Origin: Cycas panzhihuaensis
Lineage: Eukaryota; Plantae; Cycadophyta
Assembly: GCA_023213395.1 (NCBI GenBank)
Contig: CM041465.1
Span: 225,625,741 to 225,689,740, forward strand
DNA length: 64,000 nucleotides
Direction of reading: 5' to 3'
Below are positions 32,833 to 43,699 of this stretch, piece by piece. Positions within the stretch are counted from its first letter, which is position 1; the number at the start of each line of letters is the position of its first letter. The notes beneath the pieces are model-generated. The model was not told where the DNA came from, ran no database searches, and was given only the letters and a program-made list of their open reading frames with translations. The translations under genes were made by a program, and so were the position numbers.

Positions 32833-34605
32833 GTTATAAAAAACTTTAATATAAAAGTATACTTTTAGTAAATCAAAATAGTCAATAAACTACTGAATAT
32901 ATATGATTTCAGATATATTTTTCAAAAGAAATGTAATGCACCAAGGAACATATATGATTTCAGATAAACCTTTTGATTTTTCAAATGAATAAATGTAAAC
33001 TTTTAATCAATAAACCCTTAACCTTAATAATAATGTATAATGCTGAAAAACTAAAATATATGGATTTATATTTTTAATTGCTTTATGAACAATTACTATT
33101 ACTAAACAACTTAAAATGCTTATATGAAGGTCAAGTAGAAACCTTAAACATCTATCATGAACAACTAATGAAAAATAAAATAGAATTTTCTTAAAAAGTT
33201 TGAAGGGCAAGTCTATTAGGATGTACTTATATGCTCAACTTTGATAGCTTGAAAACTATACTAAACAATGTTAGAATAACTTGAAATTGTACCAATATGT
33301 AGATTAATAAGGTGTAAATCCAATGGAACTAACCATTTTGAAAACGGGTTCTAATAAATCAAGATTTGATGAATCAAAAGAACATGCCTCATTTTGAGGC
33401 ACAACATGAGTAAGGGGCTCAAAATTGCATAAAATTGCTAATAAAAACTTTAGAAAGTATTGAAAAATAATCAAATATATTTGTAAAACTACTAAATAGA
33501 TGTTTAGTTGAAAATTTTTGAAACAATTTATATGAAAATATGCGAAAAATGACAGATTGAGGCTAGTAAGTAGTCCAACTTTAATAGATTTGAAAATAAG
33601 TAAAAACACCTTAAAATAGATGAAAAACTATGTCAATTCGAAGGGGAATGAGTCAGCTTCCTAATAAAGCTAACGGAATTTAATTTGGATGTTAAGCAGA
33701 AAAGGTACAGTAAAAACAGTAACAAGGACCTTTATGTAAAAATGTTAAAAAAATGCTAGAAAGCACTAAAATATCAATTTCAACGATTAAAATAATAGTC
33801 AAAATAAATTATAAAAAATAAAATAAAATATAGGTTTTAAAGTTTGTTGAACTATATTAATGTAGAACAAATTTAAGCAGAAAATAGTTTCCAGGTAAGA
33901 AAATATAGTCAGTTCAAAAAATGATTTTGTAAAAAGTTGAAAAAAAACTGAAAAAAATAGATGATCGACTTTAAATCGAATGAAACAGGGTCAAATCTAT
34001 ACCAAATTGGTCATATGATTAGTCAAAATTGATCTAAAGAAAATTTTTGATCTAATGGAAGTGGTTTCGTCTGAAACTAATGCTCCAACGAAGAGTTTTG
34101 GTAAAACAACTCTAATAACCCTATAAAAAATGAAACATTAAAAAAAATAAAAATAAAAAACGTTTATAAAAAAATGAAAATCCCCTTTAAGGATGACTAA
34201 TGGTCACGTGAGGATTGAATATAACCAAGGGGATAAGATTTAAGGATGCTAAGCTCTTTAAACTCCCGGATTTAAAATTATATAAAAAATAATTTAATTT
34301 TTTAAAAAACTTTATAAAACTAAAAAATAAAAAAATACAAAGAAGATGAGAAGTTCTAGAAGACGGCTGCACCCACCGACGCACGCTATCCCGAGTTGCA
34401 TAAAAGGCAATTTTTAATAATATAATAAAGGAAGGATGTTGTTATTAATAAAGGCCTCACCACTACTTTTGCGTACTCTCGGATTCCCAATGTTGAGCGC
34501 CACCGCTTCTATAGGTGAACAAATAATACAACACAACAGAACATAATAGATCAAAACAGAAATCTCTAGGTACAGATATCGATACACAGATGATCGAATG
34601 TAGGG

Positions 34606-34852
34606 GTACTTCTATGGTGAGAGCGCAGCCAGACTGCGTGTGCGGGAAGGAAGAGACATCAGATACCACTTACAAATCCAGCTCCAAAAATCTGCTCAAT
34701 GTCTCATCTTTATAGATCTCTCCTCAATGCACGGTACATGGAACGACGAGCAAAGAGGCACACCAGAATTACTAGTAAAAATTGGCAAGAATGATACTTT
34801 CAAGCTGGGTGCTTCATCTAGGCTCTACAAACTGCAATGGCTTCCAATCCCA
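34606..34852 (+). pseudogene. PS1: Captured FHA-domain fragment resembling plant PARALLEL SPINDLE 1
   Basis: QPDC.../RYHLQIQ...IDLSSMHGTW...DTFKLGASSRLYKLQWLP matches the remembered PS1 FHA pattern HPDC..SRFHL..DLSSVHGTW..DT..IGGS.R.Y.L.W.P; FHA identity is firmer than orthology. Confidence 0.75.
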
Positions 34853-35478
34853 TTAACTATCAAGGAAGAAGAAATTTATTCTGTTGTCACATTATCATGA
34901 ACGGGTACACTGGGAAAAGAAACTGTGATATGTGTATTTGAGGATCAAAACAAGGTGCTTACTTTGAAGGAAGAGGGAATATTGGAAGATGAGGATAGGA
35001 ACAAGAGAAAACCTAGGGAACGGTCAGCGGTGTTAAGCTATAGGCGCAAGCAAGTTTCAGCGTTTGGACATTGTATTGTAAAAATAAAATGAATGCTAGG
35101 AAGAGTGTGTGGACTAGAGAAAAATGATATGTATAAAGGATCTTATACCTGCAACAACCAATACAGTAAACACACAGTTTATTATGCTAGAGAAAAGAAA
35201 GCCAGGTGGAGCAGAGAAGACTTGTCTGGAGTTGAGAGCTGTAAAGGTAAGGAAATAACCAGGCAAAAGTGCGTGGAGGAGGAACAACTTCGTTGAACAG
35301 ATCACAAAGAAGGTACCAAGGAAGGATTTCTCAAAATAGAATTCACAGTACTGTGAACTCCATTTCAGCACAATGCTAATAGAGCCGAAATAGAGTTCTC
35401 TTCTCCCTTGGGGGAACTCATGTGAAGAAGGCCGATCAACACAGGAATTGCAGATGTTTGGTTGATGGCAACTAAACC

Positions 35479-35703
35479 GAAGTGAATTGCTCTGACTATC
35501 ATTTTGTATATATGGGCCCTAAAGGTGCTTAGACTCCATTGCATGTAGATGTGTTCAGGTCATATAGTTGGTCAGCAAATATTTGTGAGAAGAAAGTCTG
35601 GCATCTTTTGCCACCTTTACAATCGCATCTTTTATATGACAAGTATTTGAAGTACACTGTCAATGATATTTATGGGGATGTTTCAGTAAAGGAATTTCTT
35701 GGA
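35479..35703 (+). pseudogene. JMJ20: Captured JmjC-domain fragment, JMJD4/JMJ20 family
   Basis: NCSDYHFVYMGPKGA*TPLHVDVFRSYSWSANICEKKVW matches the JMJD4 signature DYRFVYMG.KG.WTP.HADVFRS.SWSAN.CG.K.W, including the HxD iron ligands; TGG>TAG stop. Confidence 0.92.
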
Positions 35704-35928
35704 AGTCTTCAATATCATGAAAAAGAGTGATATAAACTTGCTCTTTCTTCCTACAATACTATTATGGGAGCTTTGGTAAAAAAAAGAGAGCTTGACATGG
35801 CTGAAAATCTGTTCATAGAGATGCTTGTTAATGGGGTTTCTGCCAATACTCTAACTTATACTAACATGGTTCACTGCATGTGCCTGAAGGGCAAGGTGGA
35901 TGCTGCTCTGTGCTTTCTAGATGAAATA
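35702..35928 (+). pseudogene. Captured P-type PPR fragment (~2 motifs)
   Basis: EVFNIMKKS/..LSSYNTIMGALVKKRELDMAENLFIEMLVNGVSANTLTYTNMVHCMCLKGKVDAALCFLDEI shows 35-aa PPR periodicity. Confidence 0.92.
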
Positions 35929-37719
35929 ATAAAAAAGGAGAAGTTAGAAGTTCTATTTTTTTCAAGGGTACTTGCCCCTATTTATTTTTTTTGTGTTTTT
36001 TTTTTTAACTTTTGAATCTTTCAAAGAAAACTTACTTAATAATATGAGTTTTCAACTGAATATATATATATATATATATATATGTTTAAATTTTAAAAAA
36101 AATGAAGAACCAAATATTTCAAGGTCATGCAAATAATCAAAAATTTTCAAATATACTCGAGCAAGATATATCAAAAAATATGTGTTTAAAACTGAAAAAT
36201 AACTAAAGAACCTGGAACACACAACTGTAGTTGGCTTTATAGCTGAAAATAAGCTTCAAAAGCTTCCAGTAGATAAATCTTCTTCCTCACAGGTCGAATA
36301 TAAGTAGATCTACTGTAACAGATGGTTTAAAGGGCAGGATATGTAGCCAAAAGCTATAGATCTATATAGAAAACTTTAAAATATAGTTAAAAAATATAAT
36401 GAAAAATATAGATCTGAAATGAAATACAATAGATCTGAACTAAATATAGCAGAAAATGCTAAAAAAACTTGATAAAATAAGTAGATCTTAAGCTGAATAA
36501 TGCAGATCTGATGTGAGTATAGCAGATCTATAGCCAAATATTGTAGATCTATACAAATACACCAAAAAAAATGGTCAAATAACTACTAAAACATATAGAT
36601 CTGAAATGAAATATAATAAATATGAAGTAAAAATTGTAGATCTTTGAAGAAAACTTGATACCTTTTGTATGCAGCTAATGCTCTTTTGTAAATCTATGAA
36701 AAATATCAGATAAGTAGACAAAAAAAATTTGTAAACTGTCAAAATTATGATAAAACTATAGATCTGAAGAGAAAATAACTCAAATATAAGAAAAAACTTG
36801 AATATATATAACTTATTGCTGAAATAATGATGAAATATAAGATAAAATGTGTAAAACTGAAGAAATGTGGCTCAAATCTGTGAAAAAACTTGAGCAAATA
36901 TGGCTTATTACTAAAATCCTACGTAGATCTGCACAAATCTGGAAATAAACCTGAAAAATATTTGTTAAACCAGAAATATAGCTCAATAATAATCAAAATC
37001 TGCTGAAATAATATATAAAACTCACTAAAAATTTTTAAAAAAACAAATATAGCTAATATGTCTTGCTTGTAAGAAAATCTGCCATAGAATGCCAGTAGAT
37101 CCTGTTGCTCTTCTTTAAAAAAACTTCACTAATAGAGATGCAATAGCCCAAAATCTCACTTTTTCAAAAAACTTCATAGATCAGTAATTGCCTGCTCTGA
37201 TACCAAATATAGGAAATGAAGTGGAGCTAAACTAAGCTTTGATACCAAATGAAGGAAATAATGTTTGTAGGAGAACAAAGTAGAACGTATATCAAATAAC
37301 CATAAACCAATATTGCATCAATGTATCACAATCACAATAGAATAAACCATGAAAGCATTGTTGTTCAATCCATTATAGTAAAAATGAGCATTACATATTT
37401 CTCAAAAGAGGGCAATGTCTAGAGACACTAGGGTTTCACACCTCTTAATATTTATAATTTGGGGGAGGAGGGAAACTTCTCAACCCCTGAATTTAAAATA
37501 ATAATAAAATAATGTTCACTTAACTCAAATGAAACTAAATCAACTTAACATAAATCAAAGTTAAACTTACCTTGACATGTTGAGCATCACATATCTAAAT
37601 TGAGGTTGATGAGGTGTACAATCCTGGTTGGAAAGGTGAGAGTGGAGTGATGACAATTAACTCCAACACTTTCATCACCATTACTCTTAATCTTGTCACT
37701 TCAAGATGGGGATGCCTTT

Positions 37720-37860
37720 ACTCTATAATGAGAAAAAACTAACTAAACACTCTGTAATGAGTATAAACTAACTAAATACTCCATAATAAGTATAAACTAG
37801 TTAAATATTCTATAATGAGTATGAACTAACTGAATACTCTATAATGAGTATAAACTAAAT
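37720..37860. repeat. 29-bp minisatellite, ~5 copies
   Basis: Unit actctataatgagtataaactaactaaat. Confidence 0.92.
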
Positions 37861-40112
37861 ATATATGACATATTCAAAAAGAAAAACAAACTATAATATT
37901 AATAAAAACCTAAAAACATCCATATAACTATACATAGGAATAAAAATAGATTCATGCATGATTGATAAGATTATTATCATAGGGACATGGGGGAATAAGA
38001 GATAGAGATAATGGATACAATATATATTATGTCTAAAAGTTAAAAATCTTGATATATATGCAAGTGTTAAGATAGTACAATGATTATGGTCTTATGACTT
38101 CCATGGGCATGTATATCATATTCAAAACTAAGCTTAAATACACTCAGCCCTATGCTTATAGAGTGAAGTTGCATCCCTCCCTCTATCTCCATCTCCTAAT
38201 ATTGCCCTCCTCACTTGAGCTTTCCTACTAATATGGTCATTATAGTGATGATCATTATTGTTGTGAATTACCCGTTCAGTCCCCAAGCTTATGGGTGTAT
38301 GTATGAGATGACTCACTTCTATGTGTGTGATCCTAAGACTGATGAGTGCTCTAGGAAGCTATAAGTATAGGTTGGCCACCTTCCTAGAGCACTACAATTC
38401 AATATAAATGAGTCCTCTCACTGTTTGTCACCTTTAACTACACCTCCAAACATCTTGCCTTTATAACATGTATTATTAGTTGTACCTATAACTCTTCCTC
38501 CCTTATAACTAGTGATGTCTCTAGTGTATAATACATATTATATGCCATGATAATGGGTGTAAAGTGCCATATGTATGGTCCTAGAAACTTAGGGTCACCC
38601 TCATGCCATACTAGTAGCTACTTTAGGCCATATACAAATGACATAAGACCATCAATAGTTCTTATAAATATAGCATCCATTGTATCCCCACTTATATATC
38701 AACATGGAAAATAAGTCAATCTCATCTACATATACACATAATTCACTAAAAATATACATGGATCAATAATAACTTAGTATAAAAGATAAGTAAAAAGTAA
38801 ATAAAACTAAGTACATACCCTCATCTAAAGATTTTAAAGCCTTAATAGGGTCAACTGAGCACTAGATCTATTGTCTACCTCCTACACCTGTTACTCCATA
38901 CTATGCCACCTCTCCTCCCTCTCCCTCTCCATCTAATCTTGTTAACTATTGTAATACCTCCATAGCTACAACATCCTATGTATTTCCTCCATCTTCTATG
39001 CATTTCCCCCATCTTCTCCACCATCTTCCACATTTGGTAGAGGAACTTATACTATTGGGGGCACCTATTTCCCTTTATCTTATTCTCTTTTTACTCTACC
39101 TCTTGTCTCACCATTTGGTGGGAGTGGTGGAGATGTATGTGTTACCACCTCCACTTTCTTAGTATCATCCTTAGACTAGGAGAACATACCATTATAGGGG
39201 TTTGTCATAAGGTGGTTCAAAGTCATCTGAGCTAACTAAGGGCTTTGTAATCTCCTTGCTCTCACCTCCCTCCTCCCTTAAATTTGTGCTCTCACAAGCC
39301 ATTAGTTTGTAACTGAATCCATGATAGTCAGTCCTTCAGGTATGTTGGATGGTCATGTCAGAGGAATATGATTGAATAGCTAACACATCAACATAAACAT
39401 ATAAGAAAAGTCATTGTTACCATTTTGATGAATCCTTATTAGCTGATGTTCCATCCTTTGAATGATATAACTAGCCCAACCTAATTATATCTTGAGCTTA
39501 CACTATAACACCACCTTTACTAACTAACTAGGCAAGCCCATGTAGTTCTATACACATCTGATACATAAAAGAATAATAAGAGTCACCGCCTTATGGATGG
39601 TGGGGACACCTCATACTTATTTAAATACTTAAACCTAGATGCCATGCCAACTTAAGTGTCTTCCCTCACCATTCATTGAATGACTCACTATCATCTATTG
39701 ATTATCCTCAACTGCTCATATAGGGATAGCAATTATCCTCTCCATGATAGATACAAGATCCTATTAACATCACACATAGTCATCCTTAGATCCCCCATCC
39801 TATCATACTTAAATACAAAGTCTCCTAGGATAGAGTGGCTAATTAACTCAACTAGAAGATCATTATCCATCACTAACTAGATGGATTAGCTAGCTCTAGT
39901 CATGCCATATTAGTAAAGTATCTATTGCTTGGTAAGAAAAAGATGGTTAAAAAGTGGATTTAACATCCAACCCTTATTCTCACAAGTCCCTACATGATCA
40001 AGTCATTGTTAAGCATAAGTGAAAGGTAAAACTTTAGTACCAAATCATTCAAGGATTGGTCTAGTAAAATTTAAGCTCAAAAATTAAATCTTATTTTTCA
40101 TAGTTTTGAATT

Positions 40113-40212
40113 GAAAACTATGATCATATAGTCAAAACTATGATGAATCAATCAAAACCATGATGAATCATTTAAAAACCACAATGAATTAGTAGAAAAC
40201 TATGATGGATTT
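40113..40212. repeat. ~21-bp tandem repeat (aaaactatgatgaatc..), ~5 copies
   Basis: Directly visible; inverted motif copies (catcatgatttt) at ~40215 and ~41835. Confidence 0.75.
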
Positions 40213-43040
40213 ATTCATCATGATTTTTGCTTGATTCCCATGTTTTTCAAATATATCTTTGTAGTTTTCATTGGTATGTTGTAATTTTGGAAGAAATAAT
40301 CTAAATGAAAACAGAATTACACGTGAAAACTTATTGGATATCTCATTCAAGCTGCCATAATCTCAATATCTATCTACACCAATGAATACAAAGATGATCT
40401 AATGGCCAGATCTCCTATAATACTCAGAAGTAGGCTTTAATAGTACCCTAATCTCAACTCTCTCACAGATCAAATAAATCTATTTCTTTTAACTAATTGG
40501 AATATAAAGCCCCCTTCTTAGGATGACACACTTTCCAATGTTGCCTAATTCATTATCTAATTATCCTTAGAACATATTTCCACTTACTACAACCTCGTCT
40601 ATACATGTGCTTTATTTTGAGAAGTAATCCTTATTCCTCACTATGATTTTTCATGTCAATCCCCCATCCCCCCCCCCCCCCCCCACCTTATTAATGAGGT
40701 AGGGGTATTAAAAACTTGAAGATAGGCCTTCTCTAAACATATCCATGTTTATAGTCCAACAAGCCCATGTTCATCATGCAATCCAATCTTCATATATTTC
40801 CTAGGCCTTGGGGCCTCTATCATAAAGCTCACTCTAATATTATTCACTCTCAATCATTTGAGATCATGGAACGATCACCAAAGAGGATAAATTATATTAG
40901 CCACACCTCTAAAAATTAATCACTAATAAGGCTAAACTATGAAAGGTTTATTTTAGAAGTTAAATGATCTAACTATACCCCAAAAGTAACACACACACAC
41001 ACACATATATATATCCTAAATATAGGTAACTATTTCATAAATTTAGTTTATATCTTATAGGGAGGATTGAGTCCATTTTTCACATCAATATCATCTTGTC
41101 ACTCCATCTATCATACCTCTAATGGTTAAAATAACTTCTTGTCAAAACAACTTAGAGACTAATATAGGTAGCCCAAGGTTTCAAATGGCGCCTTTTAAGC
41201 ATGATTAGTGACATTTTCCATCATGTCACAATTGGTTTATAGAGCTTCTATTATAAAGGGGGTAAATGTTTCACCATGCTATACCCCTTTTTGACATGAC
41301 TAGTTTTGTACCTTACTCTATTTTTGTTGGGATTTATTTAGATGCTTATTTTAATTATTGATTATATGGTATAATGCTTTGGCAAATGATTTAGTATGTG
41401 TTTCTAACTCTCTTTACTACTTATGATGTATGATCATGATGTGCATATAGTTATGGTACCTCCAAGTTCCCTCTAAGATACTACTCCAACTTCTATCCTT
41501 TAGAACTTTTATTTTTATGCCAATGTCTTGTTGATTGATTATTTTCATTAGACTCTTAATTAATGATTTCACTTTGATTGGCTCCTCACTAGTTTCATCT
41601 AACACTTGTAAAATAGAAATTGACTTTATTTCTAGAAAATTTGTGTTCATTTCTTTTATTTTAAGAAATTTTATTCATTGTGGTTTTGACTAATTATCGT
41701 AGTTTTCATGTTATCAAAAATTATATTTTTCTCAACAAATTGTGATAAAATGTGAAAATTATGGTTTATTAAGAAGATCATGATTTATTAAGAACATTGC
41801 ATTTTAGTTATATTTTGGTCACAATTTTCAAGATTCATCATGATTTTCATTGTTTACATGTAAAGAAAAAAAACATAAAGTTATTTTTCTATACCATATA
41901 GAAATAATTTACTGGAGAAGTTATGGATCGATGAACCATGGTTTTCTTAAACTACCTTCTCTCATTTCCTTTATAAATAGGCCTCTATTTATGAAGGGAA
42001 AGGGAGAGAATAATATTTGTAAAGGAGTGTTGATGGGCTTCCAACTCAATTCCTTCTAACCTTTGCATTCACCTTTGGACAATTTGGTTTGGAGTCAAAT
42101 TATAGGCTATTGACTAAATATTTTAGAGTCTTGAGTTGTACATACTTGAGTTTCTCTACCTTTCTTTCTTAGTCATATTTTCTTGAACTTTATCCCTCTT
42201 TTTCTTATGCAAAGTCCCTTAGTCTTAAAGTTATTCTATCCTTAATAATTTCCTCTTATTCTTCTTATTGCCTTACTAAAGCTTTGGCTTGTAGCATCTT
42301 GAGTTACCATTGTGCTAATCTAAGGTATTCATTCCCCTAATTTATCAAAATTGACTTAGTGTATTAGGGATTTTGGTTTAAATGGTTCTTTAGAAAGGTA
42401 AAAGGTATATGAAACTTTCACCTTTCTTCTTTGAAAGCTGTCCTTAGCTTACAATTATCTTTCTTATCTATGCTTTTTGAAAATCAAAGTATGAGTGTCT
42501 CTTATGTTGATTTGGACATTTATTTCCTTACTTGCTTGATGATGTGAATATTCTTAATTAGGAGAAGTGAAAGGAAATTTAAATATTAATTTGCATATAG
42601 TCTTAATCTTTCCTAATAAGCAAATATAAAGGAAAAAAGTGGATGAAGGAACTTGCATTAGGATAAGGAAAAGTATAACAAAAGGACTTAGATTTCTTTC
42701 TAATGCATGTTATGGTTTAGTCATGTTATAGTTTAAATTAAAAGAAAAAAGTGAAAGATAAAGTAAAGGAACATATGTCTTGCATTTCCATATAGATGAA
42801 TTAGGGTTGATTCTCTTGCTTTGATTATTTGATTTGCATAGTGTAAGTGCTTATTATTTTCATGCAATCATCAACAACATACTAGACTGCATTGTAGGTG
42901 TATGATATTATTTGTCCCCCCTTTAGATTAGGTTCTATTCTCTTTGTGAGAGCATTCTTGATTAATCAAGACTTGACATCCTTGATGCACAAGTTTACTT
43001 TTCTTTAAGAACAAATACTTCTCTTTATAAGGGCATTTTT

Positions 43041-43642
43041 TGTTGAGAATACAAGGTCCTAACCCTTAAACTACCACCAAGATCTAAACTATTCTTGCAA
43101 CTAGTTACAGAAATCGAAACTAAAGATTACATACAAGTTCTTAAACTAGAGATAAAATAATAAACTGAATAAGAAAACCAAGCACATAAATACACCTGAT
43201 ATAACGTGGTAAAACCCTAGTAGTATGCTAGGGAAACATCCACACAGGAAAGGTATCGATCTTTATTGTCACAGAATGGAGAAAATGTACATAATCCTAT
43301 AGCAGAGTGCTCACAACAACAACAACTAGCCACCCAACTCCTCACCATACATTAAACAACCTCAACATAATGAAATATGCCCTAAATCAGGCTACATGAT
43401 AGAGTCATACAAGGCATAAATCTGGACCATAAAATCTAGGGTATTTTTATTAAATAACCTTAATTCTCTTTATAATTTAATATAGTTTCTAGTGCTTATT
43501 TTTTGGGCCGGGGGCTATCGCCCCCGAACCCCCTCTTAGCGGGGGGCATTCCATGCCCCCCACATCCCCCTGGCTAAGGGGGGCTCTTGCCCCCCTTGGA
43601 ACCCCTCAAGGAAGGTTTGGGGGGGAAACCACACTACCAACA
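43041..43642. mobile_element. Solo-LTR-like insertion with a GC-rich hairpin block
   Basis: TGTTG...CAACA termini; gtggtaaaaccc..gggaaa motif shared with other LTRs here; no matching TSD. Confidence 0.6.
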
Positions 43643-43699
43643 TGCCAAAATTTAAGCCTCCAACCATTATTGTCATATTACCCAATATTTTTTATCAAT

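Larger units (their letters stand above)
31850..37668 (-). mobile_element. Complete gag-only LTR element (5.8 kb) carrying captured host gene fragments
   Basis: 5' LTR 37208-37668; 3' LTR 31850-32078 (internally deleted, about 5 differences in the ~170-bp shared block); PBS 37194-37205; PPT 32079-32090; CTTTC TSD at 31845-31849 and 37669-37673. Confidence 0.95.

Noticed and set aside
35010-35210. CCT domain (RSAVLSYRRK, YAREKKAR) or SART1-like VLTLKEEGILEDED
   Set aside because: Only short resemblances; the CCT core (IRY..RK..A..RPR.KGRF) is missing
34640-36015. An intact host gene with FHA-JmjC-PPR architecture
   Set aside because: Partial domains, stops, frameshifts, no introns, and it lies inside an LTR element
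37720-37860. CRISPR-like repeat
   Set aside because: Head-to-tail minisatellite with no spacers, in a eukaryotic context
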